Below are positions 10,644 to 20,554 of a stretch of 64,000 bases of DNA, piece after piece; the stretch's first letter is position 1; every line of letters begins with the position of its first letter. Source of the DNA: an uncultured bacterium (GTDB taxonomy: Bacteria; Verrucomicrobiota; Verrucomicrobiia; Limisphaerales; UBA8199); the NCBI GenBank assembly GCA_963749495.1, contig CAVVMW010000019.1, positions 128,001 through 192,000 on the forward strand. The letters run 5' to 3'. The translations under genes and the position numbers were made by a program. The notes below the pieces were generated by a model that saw only the letters and a program-made list of their open reading frames with translations, searched no databases and had not been told where the DNA came from.

Positions 10644-11525
10644 CTATGGTTCCTGGCAGAGGAAGGCCCGGAAATCCCCTCGCAACGGGTGCAGCCAAAC
10701 CGTTTTGATGGGAGCGGCCTGGTCGTGGGTCCGATCATTGCGGCCTCGTCCAAGGGTTTGCCCAACGCAAATCCAATTGGCAGCCGCGTAGGCCGTCCCG
10801 GCAAAGCGCTGCTTTTCCACGAACGTTTCGACCAGAGCCAAGTCATGACCGTAAACCCTTGGCCAATCGCCCGGAAGCTGGCGCACGGCCCTGCCCAATA
10901 GATACGAAGCCAGGCACTTGATTTGAACCCAGGGAAGAACAACGAAACGGTCGTTGTTGACCACCCACCGAAGGTTTTGCTGCCGCGCTTGCGCCGACCA
11001 ACCAATGAACTGATCGCGGGCCCCGATCTTCCAGGCGGCCGGACCAAAGCTCAGGCAGGCAATCGGGCGCTCCTGGAAGTAAGCAATATATCGGAGTTGC
11101 GCTCCGGTGGCCTGTTGATAGCCCAGGTAGTGATACGTTCCGACCAGTCCACGGTAGAGGGCCAACTGCTGGGACGGCTCGACTAACTGAAGGCCGATCT
11201 GGTTTTGGAACTCGCGCAGCCTGCCCGTCAACGGCAGGCAATCCAGTAGCTCGGGGGTCGAGCTTCGGTTGCGATAACCTGCTCGTCGGGCCTCGCAGAG
11301 CTTCGGAGGCAACTCGATCAGTCCGTGCGCTTCCAGCCGACGGAGCAGTTCGCGGCAGGCAATCTGACGAAAGCGCCCATTGGCTTGGCGCCAGTTCCAC
11401 ATCTCGCAGAGGCGATTGGAAATATGGCTGCGTCCCTGGGCTCCCTCCTCCTCAATCAACTGTCGGATGAGCAGCAGGTCGGCTTCCCGAATAACCCGGC
11501 GCCTAATCACTAAATCCTGGTCCAC
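10644..11525 (-). CDS. DUF4338 (Druantia DruA-like) protein
   Basis: LCEMWNWRQANG, ACRELLRRL, YHYLGY, RDQFIGW, VVNNDRFVVLPWV, LVETFVE, GTAYAAANWICVGQTLGRGR; ends 2 bp before the transposase ATG. Confidence 0.85.
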   Translation of the reverse strand: MDQDLVIRRRVIREADLLLIRQLIEEEGAQGRSHISNRLCEMWNWRQANGRFRQIACRELLRRLEAHGLIELPPKLCEARRAGYRNRSSTPELLDCLPLTGRLREFQNQIGLQLVEPSQQLALYRGLVGTYHYLGYQQATGAQLRYIAYFQERPIACLSFGPAAWKIGARDQFIGWSAQARQQNLRWVVNNDRFVVLPWVQIKCLASYLLGRAVRQLPGDWPRVYGHDLALVETFVEKQRFAGTAYAAANWICVGQTLGRGRNDRTHDQAAPIKTVWLHPLRGDFRAFLCQEP

Positions 11526-12288
11526 AGCCACGTACCCTAACAAGGGCCGCTCCGTGACGCCAGCAAAATCTACGGCCTGCTCAGATCATGTGCTCAAGCG
11601 GTGCGTCGAAACCCGTGAACGGTTACGGAAGGGTTGCAGCAGATCGAAGGGGCCATCGGGCAGATTACTGCGCCGCTTCGCGGATTCATTCATTGTGCGG
11701 CTATCGGCACCCACCGCCCATTTTCCGAACTTACCGCGCGCCATCTGGATTGGACTCTCGCGCTGAATGTGCGGGCCTTCTTCGAATTGGCAAAGAGGCT
11801 TATGCCGAGACTTGGCAACGGTTCGAGCCTTGTCACCATCAGTTCCCCCGGCGCGATGCGTGCCGTGCCCGACTATGCTGTGGTCGGCGCCTCGAAGGGT
11901 GCGCTGGAATCGCTCGCCCGCCATTTGGCCGCCGAGCTTGCGCCGCAGGGAATTCGAGTCAATGTGATCGCTCCCGGAGCGGTCGCAACCGATGCCTGGA
12001 AGGCGATTCCGCAGGGGGCAGCGAGGCTTGCGGAGGCAGCCAGCCGGTCGCCGATGCGGCGGTTGGTCACGCCGGAAGAGGTCGCTTTGGCTGTGCAGTT
12101 CTTGTGTTCGTCGGCGGCTGCCGGCATAAATGGCCACACCTTGGTGGTGGATGGCGGGGCCAGCATAGCTGCCTGGTGCTGACTTCGGGAACAACTTTGT
12201 CCCGGATGTCGTGTGGAGATGTTAATGGCAGTGAGCGAGTTCCTGTCGCCCCCGCTGGGCACAGGCGAAGTGGAAAGAGCAATCACAT

Positions 12289-12537
12289 ATGGAGAATCTA
12301 TTGATAAAAGTGCAAGAGGCCATCAAGGCCGCGTTTGATGTCGATCCGCAGTCCGTCACCATCAACACCACCCCGAAAGACATTCCCGCGTGGGATTCCA
12401 TGGGGCATATTGTTTTGGTGAGCAGTTTGGAGCGCGCGTTTGGCCTGAGTTTCGACGTGGACGAAGTAATGGAAATGGAGAACGTGCGCCAGATCGTCAG
12501 GATCGTCGAGACCAAGCTGGCGGCGGAGCCAGCGTGA
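12289..12537 (+). CDS. Acyl carrier protein
   Basis: 82 aa, acidic, WDSMGHIVLV phosphopantetheine motif. Confidence 0.9.
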   Translation: MENLLIKVQEAIKAAFDVDPQSVTINTTPKDIPAWDSMGHIVLVSSLERAFGLSFDVDEVMEMENVRQIVRIVETKLAAEPA

Positions 12538-12592
12538 GCGCTCCGGGCTGGCAAGTCGTGGGTAGCCGCCCCGGTGCGGGGACGCCCTCTTG

Positions 12593-14059
12593 ATGAAGAA
12601 ATCTTCGGAGCTAAACTTCGCAGGCCGGCTGGTTCGCCGGTTCGGGCCCAACTCGTGTCTCATCAACGCGGCGACTGGCGAGACTGTGCCGCTCCAGGCC
12701 CTTTGCTCGTCGGTCGCGGGGTTTGCCGCCGGGTTTTTGGCGGCCGGCTTGGAGCCGGGTGACCGCATCCTGATCGGCTGCAGTCTCAGTCCCGCCAGCA
12801 CCTTGGCCTACGTAGGTGCGATGTACGCCGGTTTGGTGCCGGTGCCGATTGAGGACCGGGTCCTTTCCCTGTCGGGCGGGCCGGTTTGCGAAACGGCCAG
12901 GGCGCGAGCGGTTTGGACGGCAAAGGAAACCAAGTGCGAGTGGGTTGAGCAGCTTGGCTTGAGGCAGTTTGTGGGCGGCTTCGAAGCCCTCTCGATTGAC
13001 TCGGTCCTTCCGCAGCCGTGCGCCGCCGACGATCTGGCGGCTTTGATGCCCACTTCCGGCTCAACGGGAACGCCGCGCCTGGTAATGGTCACGCATGGGA
13101 ACCTGGCGGCCAACACAGTGGCCATCATCCGCAGCCAGCATCTCGGGCCGGACGAGCGCGCGATGCTGATTTTGCCCGTGAGTTACTGCTTCGGGGCGAG
13201 TGTGCTGCAGACGCATTTGTACCAAGGCGGCAGCATCGTGTTTGACTCGCGCTTCATGTTTCCCGACAAAGTGCTCCGGGCGATCAACACTCACCGTTGC
13301 ACCACGTTCGCCGGCGTGCCCACCGTGTATAACGTTCTGCTGGGCAGGTCCAATCTCCGCTCGATCCCGCTGCCGGGCCTGCGCCGTTTCCTGCAGGCGG
13401 GCGGCGCGCTGGCCCCGAAGAGCGTGCAGGCGATGCGCGAGATTGTTCCCACCGCCCAGTTCTACGTCATGTATGGCCAGACCGAAGCGACGGCGCGCAT
13501 CAGTTGCCTGCCCCCCGAACGGTTGGCTGAAAAATTGGGCAGCGCCGGGTTGCCGCTGGACAACCTGCAGGTGCGAATCGCCGATGATCCGGGTCGGGAG
13601 GTTCCGGCGGGCCAAACCGGAGAAATCTGGGTCAGGGGCCCGTCGGTTTGCGCTGGTTATTTCAACGATGGGGAGGAGGCCGGCCGCAAGTTCCAGAATG
13701 GCTGGCTCAGGACCGGGGACATGGCGCGGGTCGATGCCGAGGGGTATCTGTGGATTACGGGACGCAAGGCCGACTTCATGAAAATCCGAGGCGTCCGGGT
13801 AAGCTTCGCAGAAGTCGAGGCAAGAGTAGCGCAAGTTCCCGGGGTTTACGAGTGTGCGGCGACCTCCAAGGCGCATGGCGAAGCGGGCGAGGCGATTTCG
13901 CTCTTTATCGTTCCGACCGGGGGGGCAAGCGATGTGCCCGAGCGGGTGCGCAGTGCGCTGCCGCCTCATTGGACATGCGCCGAGGTCAACCTGGTTGCGG
14001 AATTGCCCAAGACCTCGAGCGGCAAAGTTGCCCGGCACCTTTTGGGGGCTGCAGTATGA
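12593..14059 (+). CDS. AMP-dependent acyl-CoA/acyl-ACP ligase
   Basis: PTSGSTGTPR, MYGQTEAT, LRTGD, LPKTSSGK. Confidence 0.92.
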   Translation: MKKSSELNFAGRLVRRFGPNSCLINAATGETVPLQALCSSVAGFAAGFLAAGLEPGDRILIGCSLSPASTLAYVGAMYAGLVPVPIEDRVLSLSGGPVCETARARAVWTAKETKCEWVEQLGLRQFVGGFEALSIDSVLPQPCAADDLAALMPTSGSTGTPRLVMVTHGNLAANTVAIIRSQHLGPDERAMLILPVSYCFGASVLQTHLYQGGSIVFDSRFMFPDKVLRAINTHRCTTFAGVPTVYNVLLGRSNLRSIPLPGLRRFLQAGGALAPKSVQAMREIVPTAQFYVMYGQTEATARISCLPPERLAEKLGSAGLPLDNLQVRIADDPGREVPAGQTGEIWVRGPSVCAGYFNDGEEAGRKFQNGWLRTGDMARVDAEGYLWITGRKADFMKIRGVRVSFAEVEARVAQVPGVYECAATSKAHGEAGEAISLFIVPTGGASDVPERVRSALPPHWTCAEVNLVAELPKTSSGKVARHLLGAAV

Positions 14060-15209
14060 ACTCATCGACCGACCTTGAAGCCAGCATCGAGGCCTTGCTG
14101 GCGGTTCCCCCTTACCAGGCGGAGCCGAGGCAGCACGAGTTGGCCTTGATGGGAGTGCTCAGGCAGGCCCTGGCTTACGCCTGCGAGCGCAATCCGCGCT
14201 ATCGCAATTACGTCGAACGGTGGCCGGCAGACTACCGAACCGCCCAACGCCTGGCCGACCTGCCCTTCCTGCCGGTCAGCGTGTTCAAAGCCGATCCACC
14301 CCTGGCCCTGATCGACCCTGGGGACGTTACCCGGACGCTGACCTCCAGCGCCACCACCGGCCAGGTGCCAAGCCGCGTCGTTCTGGACGCGGGGACCTCC
14401 AGACGGATGACCAAAGGGGTTACGGCGATCATCCGAGACTTTATCGGCCCGGCGCGCCGGCCCTACCTGGTGATTGATGCGCCCGAAACGCTGTCAGGAG
14501 CCGGCCCGTTGGGGCTCGCGGGGCCGCCATCCAGGGCCTCCGCTCCTTTGCCACCGAAATCGTCTGCTGTCTGCGCAACGATCCCTCCGGAAAGCTGGAG
14601 CTCGACATGGAAAGACTGAAGGAGTGCGCGGCCAGATGGAAGGGCCTGGAAGTTCTCGTGTACGGCTTTACGTATGTGATTTGGAATTCGTTTGTGAGTG
14701 CCTTGGAGTCCAGAGGCGTTACGCTCGACATGCCCAAGGTCCGCGTTCTCCATAGCGGCGGCTGGAAGCGCCTGGAGAGTCAGGCGGTAACCCGCGACGT
14801 TTTTTCCCGCGGAGTGGCCTCTGCCTTTGGTTGTTCGTGTGACCGGGTCATCGATTTTTATGGCATGGTCGAAAATGTGGGCGTGGTGTATCCCGATTGC
14901 GATTACGGCCACAAGCATGTGCCTGCCTTCGCCGATGTGGTGGTGAGAGACCCCTTGACACTCGACCCGGTGGGAGCCGGCCAGCAGGGCTTAATCCAGG
15001 TGTGCAGCGTGTTGCCAACGAGTTTTCCCGGATTCCTGTTGCTCAGCGAGGACCTGGCTCAGATTGCGGGGCCTGACGGGTGCCCCTGCGGCAGACGTGG
15101 TGTTTACTTTCGCTTCATTGGCCGCGCGCCCAAGGCGGAGGTCCGTGGCTGCGGCAACCTGGAGGCCAGCCGGGGGCGGTCGAGGGCAGACGCGGCGACT
15201 CATGAATGA
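14056..15209 (+). CDS. LuxE-like acyl-protein synthetase (frameshift: one G missing at 14511-14514)
   Basis: LPFLPVSVFK, LTSSATTG, HSGGWKRL, DFYGMVE, SFPG, CPCGRRG, GRAPKAEVRGC. Adding one G gives LGARGAAIQG and joins ORF 14607..15209. Confidence 0.85.
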
Positions 15210-16455
15210 CCCTGTCCAAACTGTGGATTCGCCACAGGAAATCCTCGGGGCTGCAGAGCGGCTCCGGCGGGTCTTCCTGGAAAAGGACCTTTCTCCAGGC
15301 GCGGTGTTGAGCGTTTTCGAGCGCTGGTCTGTTGGCCTGGAACCAGGCGGATTGGATGTGCCAGGCGTGCCGTTTCTCCGGTTGTGGCTGCGGCGTGGCA
15401 CGCTCGAGCCGATCCTCCAGCGCGAACTGGGCCCCGGTTCGCTCAACTGCGGATGGCAGACCGTTGGACAGGCCAGGCTCCGGGCGTTCGCTTTGGGTGT
15501 CATCGGCCATTGGCCGGCCGGGAACATTGAGATTCAGCCGCTTCTTTCAATGTCCTGCGCCTTGATCGGCGGCAATGTTTGTCTGGTTCGCGTGCCGCGG
15601 GACCTGGTTCCGACCACGCGGGATTTGATGCTGCGCCTCAATGAGGCCGATGAGGCCGGCGTGTTGGTTGAGCGTGTTGCCTTGGTGGCCTTTGATCGCG
15701 ATCGGCTCGACCTGCACGAGGCCATGGCCAAAGCAGTTGACGGGGCTATGATTTGGGGCGGCGCCGAGGCCGTCTCGCGAGTCCGCGCGTTGCCTTTCCC
15801 GCATTGGACGCGTCTGGCCGTTTTCGGCCCGCGCCTTTCGGTCGCGGCTATGGACGCAGCATCCTGGAATGACCCGGCCGCCCGGCCGGCCTGGTGCCAG
15901 CGCATCGCCCGCAACGTGTGGCAGTTCGATCAACAGGCCTGCTCCTCGCCACAGGCGCTCTTTCTTGAGCGAGATCCCGCTGGCAGCATCACGGAGTTCG
16001 TCGAAGAACTCAGACGGGCTTTCCAGGAGGAGAATCGAGCCCATCCACGCCGGGAGATCCATCCCTCATTGACTTCCGCGATCTGCCTGGCCCGTGCCTC
16101 ATGGCTTCTTGAGGCCACTGGCCATCGGGCATTCTTCCCGGGGTCGCCCGATTGGACCATCCTCCTAGGGTCGGGAGCTGACATCCCCAAGCCGACGCAG
16201 GGACGAACGCTCAGTGTGCTGGTGGTGGACGATTTGCTGGAGGCGATCTCGAAATTCGACGGAACCGTACAAACCTTGGGTTTGGCCGTTGCTGATGCTC
16301 AAAAGGAAGAGGCCTTGGCCGAGGCGGCCGGCCGCAACGGAGTGGACAGAATTGTGAAGCTGGGCCGGATGCACGTCTTCGGTTCCCCCTGGGACGGTGC
16401 TGACCTGATTCGGGCAATGGTGCGCCTTGTCCGGCATGTGCCTTCACAAAACTGA
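15202..16455 (+). CDS. LuxC-like acyl-CoA/acyl-protein reductase
   Basis: HWPAGNI, IWGGAEAV, FGPRLS, FDQQACSSPQ (catalytic Cys), GVDRIVKLG, WDG. Confidence 0.88.
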   Translation: MNDPVQTVDSPQEILGAAERLRRVFLEKDLSPGAVLSVFERWSVGLEPGGLDVPGVPFLRLWLRRGTLEPILQRELGPGSLNCGWQTVGQARLRAFALGVIGHWPAGNIEIQPLLSMSCALIGGNVCLVRVPRDLVPTTRDLMLRLNEADEAGVLVERVALVAFDRDRLDLHEAMAKAVDGAMIWGGAEAVSRVRALPFPHWTRLAVFGPRLSVAAMDAASWNDPAARPAWCQRIARNVWQFDQQACSSPQALFLERDPAGSITEFVEELRRAFQEENRAHPRREIHPSLTSAICLARASWLLEATGHRAFFPGSPDWTILLGSGADIPKPTQGRTLSVLVVDDLLEAISKFDGTVQTLGLAVADAQKEEALAEAAGRNGVDRIVKLGRMHVFGSPWDGADLIRAMVRLVRHVPSQN

Positions 16456-16491
16456 CGATACGAAGCCGCAAAGGCACATAGGATTGTCAAG

Positions 16492-17391
16492 ATGAAACAA
16501 GCACAAGCGTTTTTGGAAGCCTTGGACCGGAAGGCGAGGATGGTTGCGCCTCGCGCGCGAGCGACTTTCGAGGCGAACCCGGAGTTATGCTCGTGGCTCT
16601 TGAATCCCCTGGCGCGATGGGCCCAAAGCGCCTATGGGGAGAGAGCCTTTGACGATGCCGCCCGTGGTTATGCCAGGTATTGCTTCGGCGTCGCCCAGGC
16701 TCAGCAGGTTTATGAGCGGGCAGGGCGATACACCCCCGAGGCCATGCCCGAGATAATGTCCGAGGTTTACGAGGACGAGGGCTACATGGTGCCGTATATG
16801 TGGGCGGCGATTCTCATCTATGCGTTTTGGCCCTCCATGGTTCACCATATCGCGCTGTTCCGGGACCAGTTCCTGCGGCGTCTGCCAAAAAACTCGCGGG
16901 TGCTTGAGTTGGCCTCCGGGCACGGAGTCCTCAGCCTGTTGGCCGCCGAGGAGCGCCCTGATATTGAGGTGGAAGGCACGGACATCAGCCCGCCGGCGGT
17001 TGCTGTGGCAAATCGTCTCCTGAGTGCGTCAGGCCACACGTGCAGGGTCAGTTTCGCAACGAAAGATGCCCTGCAAACTGACGATGCCGCTGCCGCAGGG
17101 CGATACCAGGGCGTGATCTCCGCCATGCTTGCGGAGCACTTGCCTGATCCTAAACCCCTCTTTACCGCCATGAGCCGGCTGGTCGCCCCCGACGGCCTGG
17201 TGTTCTTCAGTACCGCGCTTGAATCGGCGCAACGCGACCATGTCTATGAATTCAACCACGAGAGCCAGCCGCTGCAGATGGCCGAGGCGGCGGCTTTGCG
17301 CGTGTCTTGCCTGGTGTCCGACGCCGCTACCCCACCGGCCGGGACCCGCTTTCTGCCTCGTGCCACCGCGATGATCCTGCGCCGGCGTTAA
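16492..17391 (+). CDS. Class I SAM-dependent methyltransferase
   Basis: VLELASGHG, GTDIS, LAEHLPDP. Confidence 0.85.
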   Translation: MKQAQAFLEALDRKARMVAPRARATFEANPELCSWLLNPLARWAQSAYGERAFDDAARGYARYCFGVAQAQQVYERAGRYTPEAMPEIMSEVYEDEGYMVPYMWAAILIYAFWPSMVHHIALFRDQFLRRLPKNSRVLELASGHGVLSLLAAEERPDIEVEGTDISPPAVAVANRLLSASGHTCRVSFATKDALQTDDAAAAGRYQGVISAMLAEHLPDPKPLFTAMSRLVAPDGLVFFSTALESAQRDHVYEFNHESQPLQMAEAAALRVSCLVSDAATPPAGTRFLPRATAMILRRR

Positions 17392-17436
17392 GGGACTCAG
17401 AACGGAGAACTTCCCCGAGGACCGGCACGATAACCG

Positions 17437-17904
17437 ATGTTGCAGACCATGATGACATTCGAAGAGATTCGAGCCATCCTGCACCAGCGATTTCCGCTCC
17501 TCATGGTTGACCGGGTACTGGATCTGGAGCCGGGCCAGCGTATCACGGCGCTTAAGAACGTGACGGGGAACGAGATTCAATTCCTCGGCCACTTCCCGGA
17601 ATTGGCCGTGACCCCTGGCACGTTGATTGTCGAGGCGATGGGGCAGGCTGCCTCGATACTCTTCGCCAAGAGCACACGCGCCGAACAGCTACCCGGCGAG
17701 TTTCTCGTCCTGGGCGCCATAACTGACATGCGCTTCCTCGTCCCCGTGGTCCCGGGAGACACCATGGAGATCGTGGTCCAGGCCGTCAAATTCGCCGGCG
17801 ACCTCGCGCTGGTCGAGGGAAGCGTCACGGTTGCGGGGAGGGTCGTGGCCAAAGGCAAGCTGGGGTTTGCCCGGCGCAAATGGCAAGCTGGCGACCACCC
17901 ATGA
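17437..17904 (+). CDS. fabZ: 3-hydroxyacyl-ACP dehydratase (FabZ-like) 1
   Basis: QRFPLLMVDRV, KNVTGNE, FLGHFP, PGTLIVEAMGQ, RFLVPVVPGD. Confidence 0.88.
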   Translation: MLQTMMTFEEIRAILHQRFPLLMVDRVLDLEPGQRITALKNVTGNEIQFLGHFPELAVTPGTLIVEAMGQAASILFAKSTRAEQLPGEFLVLGAITDMRFLVPVVPGDTMEIVVQAVKFAGDLALVEGSVTVAGRVVAKGKLGFARRKWQAGDHP

Positions 17905-18035
17905 GTCTGCGCTTTTCGCTCCACAACGCGGTCGCATCTGACGAACAGAGCGCACGACAGCCCCGCGAAAATCGCGAAAGAAACCCACTCACGGGCAATT
18001 GATGCCTATGTGTACTCCGGCCCAAGCTCCTGCTT

Positions 18036-18476
18036 ATGACCTTGGAATTTGAAGCGGTTCGGAAACATCTAAAACAACGATTTCCATTTATCATGGTGGA
18101 CCGGGTTTTGGAGTTGGAGCCGGGCCAGCGAATTGTGACTATCAAGAACGTGTCCGGCAACGAGATCCAATTTCTGGGGCACTTCCCCGAGTTTGCGGTC
18201 ATGCCCGGCACCTGGATCATCGAAGCGATCGGCCAAAGCGCCTCGATCTTGTTCACATTTACTACCGGCCTGGGAATGAAGCCCGCAGAATTCCTGGTCT
18301 TTGGCGGCATAACCAACATGCGGTTCCTGGCACCAGTGCTGCCGGGCCATACCATGACGATCGAGGTGAAGGTGGTAAAGCTGGTGGAACATGCGGCCCT
18401 GGTTGAAGGATTTGTGAGGGTAAACGATATCCTGGCGGCCCAAGGCAAGCTGAGCTTCGCGCGAAAAGAACTGTGA
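18036..18476 (+). CDS. fabZ: 3-hydroxyacyl-ACP dehydratase (FabZ-like) 2
   Basis: QRFPFIMVDRV, FLGHFP, MPGTWIIEAIGQ; close paralog of 17437..17904. Confidence 0.88.
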   Translation: MTLEFEAVRKHLKQRFPFIMVDRVLELEPGQRIVTIKNVSGNEIQFLGHFPEFAVMPGTWIIEAIGQSASILFTFTTGLGMKPAEFLVFGGITNMRFLAPVLPGHTMTIEVKVVKLVEHAALVEGFVRVNDILAAQGKLSFARKEL

Positions 18477-18523
18477 GGCAGGTTATCATCATCAGTAGTG
18501 TCATTTTGCATTAGTCGCCACTT

Positions 18524-18754
18524 ATGACGAGAGACGAGTTTCATTCTGAACTAGGTAATCTGCTCGGACTTGAATCGGACCAAATTCAAGGCCATGAAAA
18601 ATTGGCGGAACTGATGGGCTGGGATTCCATAGCCGGGCTTTTGTTCCTTGCCATGGCCGATTCGAAGCTGGGAGTCGTGGTGCCCCCGAGCGACTTGGTC
18701 GCCTGCAAAACTGTCGAGGACCTCGTGAAACTGTTTCCTGGTAAAATCTCTTAG
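18524..18754 (+). CDS. Acyl carrier protein 2
   Basis: 76 aa, WDSIA motif, C-terminal KTVEDL. Confidence 0.85.
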   Translation: MTRDEFHSELGNLLGLESDQIQGHEKLAELMGWDSIAGLLFLAMADSKLGVVVPPSDLVACKTVEDLVKLFPGKIS

Positions 18755-18782
18755 CCCCGCGGCAGGCCAGAAAGCGTTATTT

Positions 18783-19844
18783 ATGCCCGATCTCAGCATA
18801 GCCGGCACGGCGATCAAAGGCATCGCTTCGGCAGTGCCGCTTGACCAGAAACCCATTCAGGAGGTTGTCGAACGGTTTGGTGCGGAGGAAACCAGAAAGA
18901 TCCTTTTAAACACAGGCGTGCGCCTGCGGCGGGTGGCGCGGCCGGGCGTGTGCGCTTCGGATTTATGTTTCGCGGCGGCCCAAGCGTTGCTCAAGGGCCT
19001 GGCTTGGGACCCGGCTACGATCGAGGCGCTGGTGCTCGTCTCCCAGTCGTTCGATTATCCCGCGCCCGCCACGAGCTGCATTTTGCAGCAACGGCTGGGG
19101 TTGCCCAAATCATGCGCGGCGTTCGACGTAGCATTGGGCTGTTCGGGATACGTCTATGGGTTATGGATCGGGACGGCATTAATCGCCGGCGGGTGCCGCC
19201 GCGTATTGCTGCTGGCTGGGGATGTATCAAGCCGATTCGCTTCCCCATACGACCATACGACAATGCCGCTTTTCGGCGACGCCGGCTCGGCCACCGCGCT
19301 GGAGAAAGACAGTTCGGGTTTGATGCATTTTACCTTGGGAACCGATGGCACCGGCCATAGACATCTTATCATGAAATCCGGCGGGGCGTGGTCCCGATTG
19401 CCCCGCACGGCTGAAACCATGACCCGCACGAAACAGCCGGACGGGATCATTCGCAGCGATGAAGATCTTTACATGAATGGGATGGAAGTGTTCGCGTTTA
19501 CTCTGCGCGAAGTGCCACCGATGATTGCCGCCATATTGAAACGTTCGCAGTGGGACAAGAACCAGGTGGATGCTTATTACTTTCACCAGGCGAATCAGTT
19601 TATGTTGGATTACCTGGCGAAACGTATCGGGCTCCCGTTGGACAGAGTTCCCATGGTTTTGGAGCACTTTGGCAATACCAGCTCGGCTTCCATCCCCTTA
19701 GCCATGACTCACTGCGGGCGCGAAAACCTGACCACGCGAAAGCAAAAAGTGGTATTAGCCGGTTTTGGCGTGGGGTATTCCTGGGCAACGGCAGCCTTGG
19801 AACTGGGGCCCATCGTGATGCCAGCCCTGGAGGAGGTTCCTTGA
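18783..19844 (+). CDS. 3-oxoacyl-ACP synthase III (FabH-like)
   Basis: DVALGCSGY, FGDAGSA, FHQAN, GNTSSASIP, GFGVG (Cys-His-Asn triad). Confidence 0.92.
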   Translation: MPDLSIAGTAIKGIASAVPLDQKPIQEVVERFGAEETRKILLNTGVRLRRVARPGVCASDLCFAAAQALLKGLAWDPATIEALVLVSQSFDYPAPATSCILQQRLGLPKSCAAFDVALGCSGYVYGLWIGTALIAGGCRRVLLLAGDVSSRFASPYDHTTMPLFGDAGSATALEKDSSGLMHFTLGTDGTGHRHLIMKSGGAWSRLPRTAETMTRTKQPDGIIRSDEDLYMNGMEVFAFTLREVPPMIAAILKRSQWDKNQVDAYYFHQANQFMLDYLAKRIGLPLDRVPMVLEHFGNTSSASIPLAMTHCGRENLTTRKQKVVLAGFGVGYSWATAALELGPIVMPALEEVP

Positions 19845-19884
19845 TTAGGTCAGATAATACACGGAGGGGTATTCACTGTTGAGG

Positions 19885-20433
19885 ATGAAGAGCATTCTTA
19901 GGAGATCGTTTAACAGGTTGCTGCACGCGATCGCTCGCATCTCTCCGGGTGCCATGACGCTCCGTCCATGGCTGCACCGGATGCGCGGCGTGAAAATCGG
20001 CAAGAATGTGTGGATCGGCGATGACGTTTACTTGGAAAACGAGTATCCGGAAGGCGTGGAACTCCAAGAAGGAGTAGTGCTCAGCCTCCGCTCCGTTATC
20101 ATTGCGCATACGCGCGGCAGTGGCCGTATCGTGATTGAGCGTTTTGCATATATTGGGCCTGCCGCCGTGGTGATTTGCGAAGCTGACCGGACCCTGCGGA
20201 TTGGGGAAGGCTCGGTAATTTGCACAGGAGCCGTGGTAGCCGCCAGCGTGGCTCCACGCATGGTGATTGCCCCTCCTAGATCGATGCCGATGGCTAAAGC
20301 CGGCATTCCCTTTGGCTTGGCCCGGTCGGTCAAGGAGTTCATGGCACGTCTGGAGCCCCTCAAGCGCAGGCCGCCAAACGACGCCAACAATTGCGAGCCC
20401 AGCCCCGGCGCACCCCCAGCCCTTAACCCGTGA
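19885..20433 (+). CDS. Hexapeptide-repeat (left-handed beta-helix) acyltransferase
   Basis: GVKIGKNVWIG, AYIGPAAVV, IGEGSVICTGAVV. Confidence 0.85.
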   Translation: MKSILRRSFNRLLHAIARISPGAMTLRPWLHRMRGVKIGKNVWIGDDVYLENEYPEGVELQEGVVLSLRSVIIAHTRGSGRIVIERFAYIGPAAVVICEADRTLRIGEGSVICTGAVVAASVAPRMVIAPPRSMPMAKAGIPFGLARSVKEFMARLEPLKRRPPNDANNCEPSPGAPPALNP

Positions 20434-20554
20434 CCACGGTGCGTTGAGGAGGGCGGCCCTTGCTTGATCCTTTTGTAAGGGAACATGCTCCCGCCCCGAT
20501 CCTTTTCCCCAGTCCGGATCGATGCCCAGCAAAGCAATAAGACCAGCCGTCAGC

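Larger units (their letters stand above)
9083..11626 (-). mobile_element. IS66-family insertion sequence, 2544 bp, with a DUF4338 passenger gene
   Basis: TIRs GTAACCGTTCAC (9083-9094) and GTGAACGGTTAC (11615-11626); 8-bp TSD GGAAGGGT at 9075-9082 and 11627-11634. Confidence 0.95.
8863..12182 (+). pseudogene. FabL-like enoyl-ACP reductase (SDR) interrupted by an IS66 element
   Basis: 5' half 8863..9082 (TGGTRGIG...CRADLTTSEG) and 3' half 11634..12182 (LQQIEG...YAVVGASK, a Y-x6-K motif). Removing the IS and one TSD copy restores the frame exactly. Confidence 0.9.

Noticed and set aside
10644..11525. Complete Druantia defence system
   Set aside because: No DruE helicase or other Dru genes are present; the gene lies inside IS ends.
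14505..14520. Programmed ribosomal frameshifting in luxE and the other split genes
   Set aside because: No slippery heptamer or stimulatory structure is present; simple indels explain the splits.
14056..16455. Bioluminescence (lux) operon
   Set aside because: No luxA, luxB, luxD or luxG is present; the context is ACP/Fab and glycan genes.
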